Shown here piece after piece: positions 43,481-57,239 of a DNA stretch of 64,000 nucleotides (positions are counted from its first letter, which is position 1; each line of letters starts with the position of its first letter). The notes beneath the pieces were generated by a model. That model did no database searches and was not told where the DNA came from. It saw only the letters and a list, made by a program, of their open reading frames with translations. The translations under genes were made by a program, and so were the position numbers. The stretch is from assembly GCF_009914755.1 (NCBI RefSeq), contig NC_060930.1. One strand, given 5' to 3'. Source of the DNA: the human T2T-CHM13v2.0 reference genome, Homo sapiens.

Positions 43481-44929
43481 TAACTACCTTTCTAGCATCA
43501 GAAAATATAAACTTCTTATGTCACTGTTTCTCATCTACCAAATAAAGAGGTCTATTATTGTGATAAACAAAACTACTTTGCTCTTAGTACTTGAAGCATC
43601 ACCTTACAATATTGAGCTGCACTTAGCCATAAATTTTAATTAAAAGTAAGGGGTTTACATAAGATTATCTCTAGATTCTTTTCTAATTCTACAAGACTAA
43701 GTCTATGGCTATTTTGAAATATCTTCCATATTTGGTACTATGCTAGGTACTGTGGGGATATTTATCCAAATTTAGTATTCAAGAGAATATGATTTAGACT
43801 GAAAGCCTCATGGCACCTCTCCATCTTTTTTGCTGATCTCCTTGTCTCCTAGTACAGTTGGTGGCACACGGCAGGTGCTCATTAAGTACTGATTGAATGA
43901 ATAAATGAGTAATTTGGTTAATTGTATTAGAAATATAGATAAAGGGACAGAGCTTATACTCTTTTGGTGAAGGACTAATAGAAAATAGTGATTGGCTGAA
44001 CATAGGAATTGAAAGAATAGGGAAGAGGTAAGGAGATGATAATTACTATACTCTATTGAGCATTTGCTATGTATCAGATTCTGTTCTGAATGTGCCATAT
44101 ACATTACACCAGAAAATCCCTATAGTTTCTCTTTGAGGTAAACATTTAGAGCAAGGCTAAGTTACCTGAAAGTGGCAAAGGTGAGACTCAAACTCAGCTT
44201 GGTCTGACACTAAAGCTTATAGTCATACTTAATGATGCCTAAAGTTTTAGGCAGAAAGACAGAAAAAAGTATCTTTTCATGCACAATTAAAAATCTGTAA
44301 ACCTAGACATATGAAGATAGATAGATACAGATTGTCATATATTAAAAACAAAAGAAAAATATTCTTTGCCTTTGGAGGTTTTCTTTTCCTCTTCTTTGGT
44401 GTTTTTTCCCACCCTGAAGAAAAATACATTATGTCTTCTTCATAAATCCATAACTCAACTGCCAATGAGTACAGAATCTTTAAAAATTTTACGTAATATA
44501 AGACAAGGTTCAATTCTTAATATTGCAGAAATAGATTTTTAAATGCAAACATACATATTACATACACATAATTACACACATATACAGGAGAGAAAGAATA
44601 TGTTTTCCTTGGCATAGCAGATCAGTAAGAAAATATTTCACCAGTCCAGTAATCAAACATATTATAATTTCCAGAATTAATTAGAATAAATATTCTTGTT
44701 TCTCTTTCAAATGACACTTTGGTGAGTGGTTATTGTATCCTATTGCAAAAAGTAAATTAAAAAAAATCTCAAGAAAGCAGTTAAGAAATCTTATTTTATA
44801 TATATACAATATGAAGATAACACAGTTTTAGCATAAGGATTCAAAATAAAAAAGCCTAGAAAGAATTTAATGTGATAAATAGACCAAAATGAATACTTCT
44901 TTCTATTGCCAGCTTATCTTCTACAATAG

Positions 44930-45460
44930 ATCACTGTGTAGCAATTGGAGGCAACACAGTCTCAGACCTCATCTCTTACTGTTCTCCTCCTCGTTTGCTC
45001 CATTTTAGCATCACTGGCATTTGTGGCGCTCCTTGTATACAGCAAGAGCATTTCAATCTCAGGACTTTCATACTAGCTTTTTCTTCTGCTTGTTATATTC
45101 TTGCCCCCAAGAATAAAAAGATTACCTTTTTATTTCTTTCAGGTTTCTGTTCAAATGTTACCTTTCTAGTGAAGCTTTCTTGACCACCCTTTACAAAAGA
45201 GTAACCCATGCCCTGCCTTACTCTCAACAGCAATCCTGGCACTATCTCTTGCCTTCCTTTATTTTCCTTTAACACTTGTGTTATCATTGGATATACTCTA
45301 TATTATTTGCTTATTTCTGCAATTAATATCCATCTCTTTCCTTAGGAAATAAGGTCTATGAAGAAAGAAAATTTATTTTGTTCACTTTGGTATCTCAATG
45401 ACTACCACAGTACCTGGTGCATGGTAGTCTTCAATAGATATTTATTGAACAATTGAGTGC
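44930..45460 (+). mobile_element. L2a 3' end
   Basis: ttcaaatgttacctttctagtgaagctttc; cagtacctggtgcatggtagtcttcaatagatatttattgaa. Confidence 0.8.
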
Positions 45461-47377
45461 TAAATGCATAAGAAAGCATTTTCAGAAGGTTTTCAACTCT
45501 TCCAAGCCAACAGATTATTATTCACGGAAATTAAGCTAACTCTTCCAATTAAAACATAGCATTGGCAAAAGGAAAAAACCACCATGCATTCATTTTGTTC
45601 TAGAAGAATTGTTATGCATATCTGTAAATAGTTAAACCAAAAGTATTGATGGAAAGATTGGGAACTGTCCCGATCTCAATTAACTTTTCTATCACAATTC
45701 ATGTAAAGAACATGGAATCCTGTCCTATTTTGATGGTTGTTTGCAAAGAAGTAAAAACAGCACAGGGACCTTAATAAATATTTGTTGAATTAGAACATAT
45801 ATATGTTTATATACACATATAATGTATATATCCTATTACAGACAAAGTTCTGTGACATTAGAACCTCTTGTTTATTCGATGAAGAAATATTCTATTTTCT
45901 CTTGTGCCTCTAATTAAAACAGAAGGCCAAATGCTCCAACGTTGTAAATTACCGAAGTATTAACCAAAGCCAGCTGCAACTTATAAATGCCCCCCTTTTT
46001 ATAAGAAGTCAACTTGGGCATGTGTTCTTCTTGGTATTATATAGCATTTGATATCTCTTGTTCATGCCTTCCAATTTTTTAATAGCACATTATCTTCTTT
46101 ATGAGGTTTCCTTAAGCCCAGTAATGTATTCAACATACTCTGAAGAAACACATACACAAATGCATTCATTTTAAAAGCCCATTATTTGTATACAGCATGT
46201 GGTAACATAATAAAGGACTGAGGTTTTAACTTTCTCTATAACAAAGTACCTGAGATACTAATTAAGACATTTATATGGGTGCCAGTGTAAAACCATGAAG
46301 AAATTGGTCAACAGTATTTAAAACTGTAACATTACCTTAAATTCACAACGAAGAGATGTTAGAACAGGAGACTCAGTTTTGCTTAGAACACAAGTCATGC
46401 TCTGATAGAAAGCGCTTAGAGAAGCACTTAACTCTTGCAAGCATCCAGGAAGTTATTTTAGAACTGTAAGATACACAGTGTAGTAATATAGGCACTGAGG
46501 CAGTGTTAGGCCCTAGGGATAAGATGGCCAATTAACAACACTTGCACAAAAGCTTACAATACTAGAACAGCTTTCAGGGGCTTTTACTGATCCACAGTCA
46601 CTTAGGTCCCAAATCAGATTTTTGAAAGTGAATCCTAAGTAAAAAGGTGAGTACACTAGGCCCTTCTATCTTTTGACGTTTTGTTGGTGTGTTATATGCT
46701 TTGAATCTTGGGTCACCATACAGGCATTAATGCCTATATTCCTGTTATAATATTCATAAAGCCTCCTTTCATTCTTGAAAATATTCCTGTTTTGGAATAA
46801 TCTGTCTGGCCGCCCAATATAAACCCTTCTGCATATATCAAGTGAAAAGCTTCTTTATCTAAGAGGCAGGAGTCATCCAAGATCTTCTCTTTGCAGACTA
46901 CACCCTTGGAGAGACTCATTAAGATGAAAGACACAAAAAGGCCTAAGAATTGATTTACTTTGATCACTTAAAGAATACATCTTGATGTTTGAAAATAATT
47001 TTAAAATTATGTTTTCATGTGTGTATATACGTGATTTTAAAATATGGACAATTTTAACTTTAAATTTAGCCTTGGTCATATGAACACTACTGGGACTTCA
47101 ATATTTAAAAAATATATTATACCAAATACCAGTATTTTTTAGTAACTGGGTTATTATTATGTTCTCTTTTCCCAAAATAAACCGACAGCCTCACAAACAA
47201 TGAGAGATTATTAAATAAAGGAAGAAATGTTAGGAAATCATGTCTGACTATTTTTTCCACTGATTGCAACCTGACATTATTGGAGATCTGGTCCTTTACA
47301 CAGAGTGGGAAATCTCCAAGACGACTGAAGGTGGTTGAGTAATGGCTCAGACCTCAGCCACTCACTAATTAACTTAC

Positions 47378-47493
47378 CTGCTGTATCAGGAAATTATGTG
47401 AGTAAATATGGTCATTTACTTAACTTATTTGATATTCAAATCACTGGATTATTAAAATAATATTTTGCCAAGTCTTACACAAGTGACTTTAGT
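47378..47493 (-). other. Candidate 116-nt non-coding exon of the minus-strand gene
   Basis: Minus-strand acceptor gtttaagtttcttttag|A and perfect donor CAG|GTAAGT at typical exon spacing in unique sequence. Confidence 0.35.
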
Positions 47494-48179
47494 CTAAAAG
47501 AAACTTAAACACTGGATCCACACAGACATTTTTAGTTTATTTCTTCAAGCCCATAAAACAACTCTAAAATGTAGTGTTTAATTGTCCCTACCCTGTCTAT
47601 ACATCTGTAAGAGTCTCTGTGCTCATAATTATAATTATGATTCATGAAAAGCAAAGAAGTTCTTTCTCTGGAATCCCTTACTTTTCCCCTACTGTCTCCT
47701 TTTTTCCTTTCCTCAGTTTATCTAAGGTGATTGGACAGGAGTCATCCAGGGCTATAGCAACTCCAGTTCAGGTTGAGGGACCAAGGAAAGCTGTTAATAC
47801 CCTACCTTCTGTGGGAAAAATCTGGTTTCACTTGTAGAACTTGCTGCTTCAGTCTGTTCCCTCTTGGAGAAGCTAGTGCAATTCTAGGTTGCCGCTTCTA
47901 TGCCGTGCCCCTCTTTCTCCTCACAATGTGATAGGAAAGCACTTGGAAGGGCTTGTGCCCTTGCTTGGCACCCCAAGGCAAATTGTAACACATGGCCTTG
48001 ACTGTCATTTATATACGATATTCTCTCCTTTTCCCCCTTTTCTAAAGGATGAGCATTTGAAAACAATGCAACTTTAATTTTTATTGATTAAAGGGAGCAT
48101 AAAAACATGATTGGCTCAAACCATTTTAAAAGTCTATTGTATCCTTGAGATATAGGTTTGTTCTATGCCTCTGTTTCCT

Positions 48180-48760
48180 TCAGCCCTTACATCCAGCCCT
48201 TCAGTGAGTCTTTTCAAGTCTACCTCTAAAATGTGTCTTGAATTTGTTTACTTTTTATCTTCTACAAATATCATCCTCATTGTAGCCATCATCATCTCTC
48301 GCCTGGGTACAACAGCTTCAGAAATGGTCTCTTTATAAGTATTCTTGCCTTGCTACAACCTATTCTCCATAGAGAAGGCTGTGATCTTTTTAAAACAAAA
48401 TTCAGTTTATATAATTCCCCTGCTCAAACCCTCCAATACATTCTTACCTTGTTAGTGTACAAAATACACAATTCACTGAAATCTAAAAGGCCCTGCAGGA
48501 TTCAGCTGCAGACTATATCATCCTTTATCTTTACCATGACCTCTTTTGCTTACCTGCTTCTAGGCATGAAGCCATTTCTATAGTCATTGGACAGACCCAG
48601 GTCTGCTTAACCTTCCTCTGATCTTTTCAGGGCTGGCTCCTTTCTGGCATTCAGGTTTCAGCTGAAATATCACCACTTTGAGAGGCCTTCTACAGCTATT
48701 CCATCTAAAGTTGTCCCTTACAACCTCCGCCGGAAACTTTTAATCACACCACATTATTGT
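48180..48760 (+). mobile_element. L2 fragment
   Basis: cccctgctcaaaccctccaa; ttcaggtttcagctgaaatatcaccactttgagaggccttc. Confidence 0.75.
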
Positions 48761-48775
48761 AGAGACAGCTAACAG

Positions 48776-48776
48776 G

Positions 48777-48807
<31 letters not shown>
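48776..48807. repeat. (GTTTT)n simple repeat
   Basis: About six GTTTT units. Confidence 0.9.
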
Positions 48808-49379
48808 GACACTAAATTTGTAATGGCTAGGTGCAAACAGTTCTGGTAGCTTCCTCTCTCAGGCCCCTCAAGGTCTAAAGAAGATTAAACTGGCTTAATA
48901 GTCATTGTCACCAGCAAATCAGTGGAAACTGCAAAAGAAAAGGAGTTCTTCTAGGAGAGAAAGGATTGAAGATAAGCCAAAGAGTCCTTCTCACCACATT
49001 TGGGGTATCGGATCTCTCTCCCCTGGGGCTTGTGTTTCTGAAACCTAATGATAGGACTCACTTCTTCCCTTGAAATTTCTGAAGGAGGGATGCCTGCAGG
49101 GCAGGTGGAAACTACAGTTTAGGTTTTCTAAGAAGGAAAGGTTAGGGATGTCCACATCCCAGTTCTCCACATTTCTGGGAAAGGATGAAGTAGAGGATCT
49201 CTTCAGTTTCCATGATCTCATGTGAAAGTGACTGGCATTAGCTAAGGGATAGGACTTGTAGAGCTGAACTGGTAGTTGCTTAGTGGGATTTCTGGAGGCA
49301 AGAGACATTAAGTAGAGGATATAGGACATACCACTGGTGGGAGCTGAATGAAGATGCCCTTTGTGCATCTTCCTAACCA

Positions 49380-49862
49380 CAGAAAATTACAATGTCCCCA
49401 ATTCATCACCCTCTTATATCTGTGCTCTATGCAATGTAACTTCGAAGCTTGTCCCATCAAGGGATGGAGTTTTGACTCTTACCTGGCCTGTGACTTGCTT
49501 CAGCCAATAAAATTTGGTAGAAGTGATTGTGTGTCAGTTCTGAGCCCAAGCTCAAAAGGCCTTATGAGCTTTCATTCTGTCTTAAACCCCTGGGATCTCT
49601 TGGACCAGGCTAGTCTGTTAGAGGATGAGAGATCATATGGAGGAGAGATGGCTTTTCCAAGTAATCCACCTTCCTACCAGCCAATACTCTTATGCCCTGC
49701 CAGCTGGTGGCAGACACATGAGAGAACCTAGCTGAGATCAGCCAAGCCCAGCCTAGACCAGATGAATTTCAACCAGCAGACTTGTGAGCAATAACAAATG
49801 GTTATTATTTTCAGCTACTGAGTTTTGGAATAGGTTATTATGCTGCAGTAGCTAATGATACG
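49380..49862 (+). mobile_element. MaLR LTR, MLT1F/G-like
   Basis: ctggcctgtgacttgcttcagccaata; cagctactgagttttgg...gtagctaatgatac. Confidence 0.75.
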
Positions 49863-49980
49863 TGGGTGAAAAAAGCTGAATACTGTCTGAGAATACCATT
49901 TGTTACCTTCTATGCAACTGTCATTCTAAAAGAAACCACCATCAGACTGACATTGATGGAGAAAACAGGTCTTTCCTTTG

Positions 49981-50328
49981 TATCTTAGTCCATTTGAGCA
50001 GCTATAACATAAAACCATAAACTGGGTAAACAACAGAAACTTAATGCTCATAGTTCTAGGGGCTGGGAAGTCCAAGATCAAAGCAGATTCAGTGTCTGGT
50101 GAGAGTCTACTTCCCCATAGATGTCTATCTCCTTGCTATGTCCTCACTTAGTGGAAAGGGAGAGGGCCTCTCCAGGTCCTTTTTTATAAGGGCACTAATC
50201 CTATTTGTGAGGTCTCTGCCCTCATGACCTGATTACTTCCCAAAAGCCTCACCTCCTAATACTATCACCTTGAGGGTTAGGATTTGAACATACAAATTTT
50301 GAAGGACAAAAAGCACTCATATCATAGT
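49981..50328 (-). mobile_element. MaLR LTR, MLT1A0-like
   Basis: ggctgggaagtccaagatcaa; tttataagggcactaatcc. Confidence 0.88.
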
Positions 50329-51209
50329 GTTCTGCCTCAGATGGCAGCTGGCTCCGGATGCAGCTAGCATCCCAAGGGCTGGGGCCAAAACTGAGTGATG
50401 GCACCGCAGCAGAACCAGCTGAGCAGTAACCACGATTAGGGATAGGATTAGGATGAGAGCCATTGTCTGGCAGCCAATGCAAGCAAATCTTTGGATAAAA
50501 GATAGTGGACTTAAGAGATTTTAATGTTGCTATCTGAAGCACTAGAAGTTATTATGAGGTTTTTATTAAAAATAAAACAGCTCTGTGTGGAAAACAATTC
50601 TGTACTTTTTGGTTAACATCTGAAGTGATTTAAAAGAAGTATAGATTTATGAACTATTATTATTTCCTTTACTAGCTATGTTTTATGACTTCTCGTAATT
50701 ACTTTAAAAGGGGTTTTATAAACATAGAAGTTTACATTTCAAATGGGTAAAAATGGGTTTCTGGTAAAATAATTTGACAGCAAGAATGTCCTCAAATATC
50801 AAAAACACAGGTAAATCTGTCACCTTTGATAAAGAACAGAGTCAAGTCCAATTTATCTTATTTTGCCTTAGTTGAATAGTCAACTACGAAAAGCTCTTTG
50901 CCTAGTCTGCTATGTTGTCATTTTTTCTCTTTTAAGCCAACAAAGACTAAAGCATGTTGCAGCATATGAATAAAGAAATTCTAGATCCAATTAATTCATT
51001 TATGGTTTTCTTTTCATTAAAATTGGTTCTTGTTGTATACGTATTTTTCTTTTTTGTAATATCTTATAAGAGGAATGATGTAACTTTGCCAGGTAACTTT
51101 GAGGCCTCTGCTCTGCTTGAGCACCCACTGAGCTGTTCTTTTGGGTGTTGTAGCTCTGGATTGCAAATAGGTGCTTGCAGAACATTTGTTAAAGAAGTGA
51201 TTGAAGACT

Positions 51210-51390
51210 AGGTACTAGAGCATAGTGAATGTGACTCTGAACTTTGGAATGAGACAGATCTGGGTGCAAATCCTGGCTACATCAGAGATTTGTTCATAGC
51301 CTTATTGTACTGTAAAAATAGGACAACAAAATTACTGAAGGAGTTAAAAAAGATGAACTATGTAAAGAAGTTAGCACTGTGCCCAGGCTA
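51210..51390 (+). mobile_element. MIR SINE
   Basis: agcatagtg...gacagatctgggtgcaaatcctggct; ttagcactgtgcccagg. Confidence 0.7.
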
Positions 51391-51969
51391 GCACAAGGGG
51401 ATTTTTACAAAATGATTCTATGAGAATCATGGAATAAGCTAAATCAGTTCTAAATTGAAAATAAATGTTCCAGTAAAAAGTTACAACAAAGAGAAGCTCA
51501 ATTTTATAGACATAAACTTTACATAACATATGAGCCAAGTGATCATTTATGATACGCCAATGTTGCATTATTCTTTTTAAAAATGTTGTAGATAGAATTG
51601 GTTGTTTAAAAACATTTAGGAGTTAGATCATTTTTCATGGTCTAATAATAATAAGAGATTAAACAGGGTTGTGCTCTATTACTGATAGTGTAAATTTACC
51701 TTAAGTTTGGTAAAGGAATGAAGAGAATATATGATGAGGATGTTTTCAATTGATGAGAGTCTTGTCTTCCTGTGTTGCTGTCCTCAGAGTTCCTGCTCTG
51801 GGAGTCTTTTATAGGTGAGAACATTTTTTCCTGTGATTCTTTTATCAGTAGAATAATTCCCTTAGATATAACACAACAAGGAACCCATCATTTTTTCCAG
51901 ACAAACTGTAAGACTCAGTCCATACTTCGTCATTAGAAAATTTTATGTCCTTGATTATTTAACCTCTAC

Positions 51970-52500
51970 AGGTTTCATTTCAACAAATATTTGAAGACTA
52001 TATTAAGCAGAATTAATTCATCATACTTGATGCTCCGGGTATTATTAAAAATGAGAGGACCCAATTCCAGTCCTCAAGGAGCTTACAATTAAGTCAGAGG
52101 ATGCAGTACAAAAATATTTCTGAAACAAGGCCGGGGAATGTAGATCATCATTAAAGAGGCACAAATTGTGCTCTGTGCTGTTCAGAGGCAGAGGAGGGTT
52201 TGTCTGATGGGAGGAGGGCAGGAAAGGAATCATCTTATAGCTAACACCTGAAGTAAGCCTTGAATGACTGGCAGAATTCCCAAAGCCACTTTGCATTTCA
52301 GTGGGAGGCAGCAACATGAATACGCTGAGACATGCTCATTCTGCGGTTACAAGTCACTAAATCTGGTTGTGGCAAAATGTACATTTAAGGGAACTGATAA
52401 GAGTAGATTGGGTGACACTGTTTAGGACTCTGAATTTGGCAAAAGGTTTTAATTCAGCAGGAAATAAGAAATCTCATGTTCTTCATCTGAATAAGAAGTA
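51970..52500 (-). mobile_element. L2 fragment
   Basis: cattcaacaaatattt-like start; cctcaaggagcttacaat. Confidence 0.65.
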
Positions 52501-55500
52501 GCCTTGTTCTCTGTGGATTCTTTCAACAAACATTTATTAAAGAAACAGTAAACCCATAATTTCATAATTATTTAGTTACAATGCCCTTCTCCGTACTATG
52601 ATTCTATAATTATTTGTAAGTATATTTATTTAGACTAACAACAAATGGATAGATTTTGTCCACTGAAATTTTTTGATTCCAATGCTTCCACATTTGAACA
52701 TAGTCCCTCCACCTTAGAACTCAGTTAGAGCTTTATAACTACTTTGTTTATTGCATTTTGCATGTTCATATCCTATTATTATTACGTATTTATACATGTC
52801 TTCTTCTTCCTTTTTTTTCTGAATGTTAAACTCCAGACAGTGGGGCCCACGTTCAATGTATCTTTGTATACTGTGCAGTGGTCGGTTTAAGAAGCATTCA
52901 AAAATATATGTTGAATGAATAAACAATTTAATTAACATCTGCTTCCTAGTGAAATCACTAGACTCAGTTTAAATGGCTTAAATTACATACTAATTTTTAC
53001 CTGGAAGATTCTTGTTGAAAATGATTGAAAATCTTATTTAAAAGGCCAATTTCTCGGCTCTCTTAATACCACTGCTTTACTAATTTGTTGGAGATAAAAC
53101 ATCGCATTTTTTCAAGTTTGTTATATTTTTATTACAACAGTAACACATGTTCACTGCAGAAACTTTACACATTACATATAAGCAAAAAGAAAAAATCACA
53201 ATTCTCAAAATCTCAAACTATAAGTAACCACAGTCACTGTTTTAGGGTAGTTTATGATGCAGTCTATGTGCATTTTTTTTTAACGCTTTTAATAAACATG
53301 GCTAATTTGCCCTTTAGAAACACTGAACTATTATATGTTCCTGGAATTGTTGAGAATGCTCTTCGCTTATACTAACACCACGTCTAATCAGCAATATTAA
53401 TCTTGGCAGAATGGGTAGGGGAAAATAGTTCCTTTATAAATGTGCATTTCTTTGAATACTAATTAAATTGAATATTTTTCATAAATGTATTGACCTTTTC
53501 TATTTCCTTTGTAAACTGCCTCTTTGCTTTTTGGCCTATTTTTCTATTGGGGTATTTCTTTCTCTCTCTTTCACTCTGTCTCTCAAATGATTTTTCAGAA
53601 CTGGATGTATATTAACCAACATTTTCCCCAGTCATTTGTCTTTTACCATATTTCCTTTCAGAGTCACTGATCCCTAGGAAGAGTCTAATAAACTAAGTGA
53701 AAGTCACATTATGATCGCCTCTTCCTTTCATTTCTAAACTGAGTAAATGTGATGAGCTAGAATGTCTTCTAGGAAGGGAAGCAAACCTAAAAACAACCAG
53801 TGGAATATTATTTTCTCTATGAAGAGAATTATTTTCAGAAGCAATGGTAAACACAGCATTTAAAATAAAAAGATGTCCTAATTTACTTTTGGCAATTACT
53901 AAGAATTTAGAATTGATATAACTACTTTCTTTTTACCCTTAAGAATATCATACATAGTGCTGGCCTAAAAAGGAATATAATGGGAAGTGCATGCTAGGGA
54001 TGACAAGTCAGATTTGGTAATTACAGTTAACAGTAACGTCTGTTCATCCACTATTGACGCATTGAAGTATTTCCATGGGATATGTAAGGGAGTCATGTAT
54101 AGCTGTGCCCCATAAATTCAATAAAGAATGAACACTCTTATGGTTTGGTAACTGAGAAGTTAGCTGGGGGCAATGGTGAAATTCTTTCTTCCTGAAAAAT
54201 GGAAACTATGAAAGGGGAGAAAAGTGAAAGACATTACAAAAGGGAACAAGAGCAACATGACTGGGAGTACAGAAGTATAGAAAAAAGGAAAAAAGAAATA
54301 GACATAAAGTAGACGAGATTGACAACTAAGGGTTAGGAGAAACACATTTTAAAAATGTATTAAATCCAAATTATCAAAAATGGTACAATGATCATTGTAA
54401 ATTGTTAAATTTATATCAGTGGGGCATCACAAATATGGAACAGTTTTTTAAAATGTTTTCAATGGAATTTATCCCTCACATGACATAAAAACATTTAATT
54501 GTATCTTCCTTTAGGCATAAATGTTGAAAGAAGTTCGTTTTTTAAATCTGTTAAATTTTTTAAGTACATACGTGCACACAGATGAACTTGGTGTTAGAAG
54601 TGCTGCAAGCTGTTTATTAAAACTTAGAGTGCTGTCAGATTCCCCTGATATTTTCAGATGTTTGTTTACCAGCAGTAGCTTCAGAAGCAAGAAGAAAACC
54701 GGATCATTTATAATTGTATTTGGCTTAGATAAATAAAAGGTGTTTGGCTAAAGGTTCTTCCTAATTGAAGTCACTTTAAAATTCAATAAAAAGAACTGGC
54801 TAAAGAAGCAAACCCTAGGTATACAATAGTTTGTAATCATGAAACCAGCCTAGATTCAAACCCTTTCCTGAAAGAAAAATAGAGAAATATTTGTTGCCCT
54901 GGGGATGTTGGTGTATCTAGAAACAGAATAAGCAACAGATAATAATAATTTGAAGTTTTATTTATTCATTTTTCACTTTCTTCCAAAATCTTGCTTGGGT
55001 CAATATTAGAAATAAGAAAAGGGCCATTTTGAAATATAAACAAAAATATAAGTGTTTAGCTCTCTCAAATATCTTAACAATTATGAAATTATTAAAATGT
55101 TTAAGAAAATAATTCTAAGATAAACTTGATTTACTTGTATTAAAACAAAAATTAGAGACAAAACTGTGGACTTCCTTTTAGGTAGTTTTAAAGCATTACT
55201 TTAAATAGTTTCAATTAAGTGTAAATAAGGTGAATTTAATAGTCTGACAAAGAAATAAAGCCTGGATGCTCTTAGTTCAATTCATTAGTGATGGCAAGGT
55301 ATATAAAGTAAAATTGCTTAGAGAAAGAAAAAAATCAAATGGGATAATACTTCAAAAAAATAGAGACTGATCACCAAAAGTCTAATGAAGGTTTGTGAAT
55401 CATGTTTTTCAAATGGCCATTTGAGTAGCGTGACTCATGCAATATCCTCCCTCCTTGGCCTCTTTCCACAGTCAGCCAAAAATTAGTGATGAAAATCATA

Positions 55501-55934
55501 TGAGAAGGAAATGTATCAAGTGGTTTTAAATCCTGACATAGAAACATGGTTTGCATCACCATGAATGCCGAACTCTAAAACTGCAGGTATCTTGATTAGG
55601 TTGAGAGAGAAGTTTAAAAATCACAAGTGATACTTTAATGGTTTCACTCCAAGGAAGTGGAAAGGAGCTATCTTTTAACATTTTTCTTAACATCTTTATT
55701 TTTTGCCTGCCTGATTTTATTTATTCCTTGATCTGTGAGCTCTGATATGTGAAGTGTATTTCTATGGTTCTAAGGTAACTTTTAAGCTTGATGATTTTCA
55801 CCATTGTGGATCAATAATATAATTTATCCTATTTCTCCCACTGTGGCAATACTGAAATAAAAATGTAAAACCAGTTTATCTGTTTTCTAATGCCTGGTTT
55901 ACTCTTCTGAATTCTATAAATCATTCTGTTTTTC

Positions 55935-56110
55935 ATATATACACATACATATGCATACACTATATGTATACATATAAATTTACTATATATGTATATATAC
56001 CTACAAATATATATGCCTACAAGTATCCATATATACCTCCTATATATGTATATAAACCTACTATATATGCCTACAAATATATATATACTCTCTCTACACA
56101 CACATACATG
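55935..56110. repeat. TA/CA-rich low-complexity tandem region
   Basis: Degenerate (TATATG/TACA)n with repeated gcctacaa and ctacaaatatata units. Confidence 0.85.
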
Positions 56111-56589
56111 CACCTACACAGAAATCTGCAGGAAAATGACACTTTCACATATTCAAAGGGATCCCAAAAGAGTTCAAAAGCCAAGACTGGAAGCACCAAC
56201 CCATGGAAAGATGTATTTAAAATCACAAAATACTTCTGTGGACACTGAGAAAAACCAAGCCACACAAACGTTTACATATGAGCGTGATTAGAAGGTGGGC
56301 AGACTGCCTTAATCAACTTTATATAAACTCTTGACATAAAAGTGAAAAAATGAAACATAAATGATATATTTTCTTAGCTCAACCGTTAAAAAGCCAATTA
56401 CCTACTCGTGAACGTTTGCCACATACAATAATACTTTGAAGACACTTCATGATCAGAAGTGAGAAACTCTAGGCATTTGCATTCAACCGTCATTTTATCT
56501 GTGAAACTGCTAGTAAAACATAAACCTGAAAGGCATTACTCCCAGCTCTAAGGCGACATCGCTGTCATTAAAGAAAACCTGTGCCTGAG

Positions 56590-56771
56590 TTGGCTGAGTA
56601 CCTTCTTGCAGAGTCCTCTGTCCTCGCGGAGTGGGAGGGTCACACTGGGAGAGACTAATAAGGGCAGAGATGCGTCCCCCTTCCCCACTCGCAGGGAGCT
56701 CACTCCTCGGCGGTGCCGCAGCCCTGTCCGGACTCCACTGCGCCTCTGAGGGGCTCAAATACGAATTCAAG
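56590..56771 (+). ncRNA. Candidate first exon of a plus-strand (antisense/convergent) RNA
   Basis: Local CpG/GC enrichment ending in strong donor AAG|GTAAGC (intron from 56772); start coordinate approximate. Confidence 0.4.
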
Positions 56772-57239
56772 GTAAGCTGCGCGGCTTTGCGACCGGCTCT
56801 GCACTTGCCCTCTCACACATGCCCGGGCTATGTCATCTGCTCGTGTTCCTAGTTATCTGTGTGCATCTGCTTTTCAAGAAAATGTAAAAACTGTGCTACA
56901 CATGGAAATATGTTTAGGTGGATAAATAATGCACACCTGCATACGTTTCCATAGGGGCCTTAAGGATGGGACCAAAAACGTTTGGCAGGAGACGGCCACT
57001 CTCATGTGGTACATACCATGTAGTTCGTGTTCCTATGTTCACATGATGCAGGCTTCATGCGTTACACCTAAGTTCTAGGTGGTTTTTCTGGCTATGTGTG
57101 TCTGTGAAGCGGAACTATGGAGCACTGCTGATGCGGGTAGGGACAGACATCAAATACATTACAAAAAAAATGGGGGGTTAAAGGAGTAAAACAAACTCAC
57201 TATCAATTCATGCCGTTAGAGCGCTTTTTTTTTTTTTTT

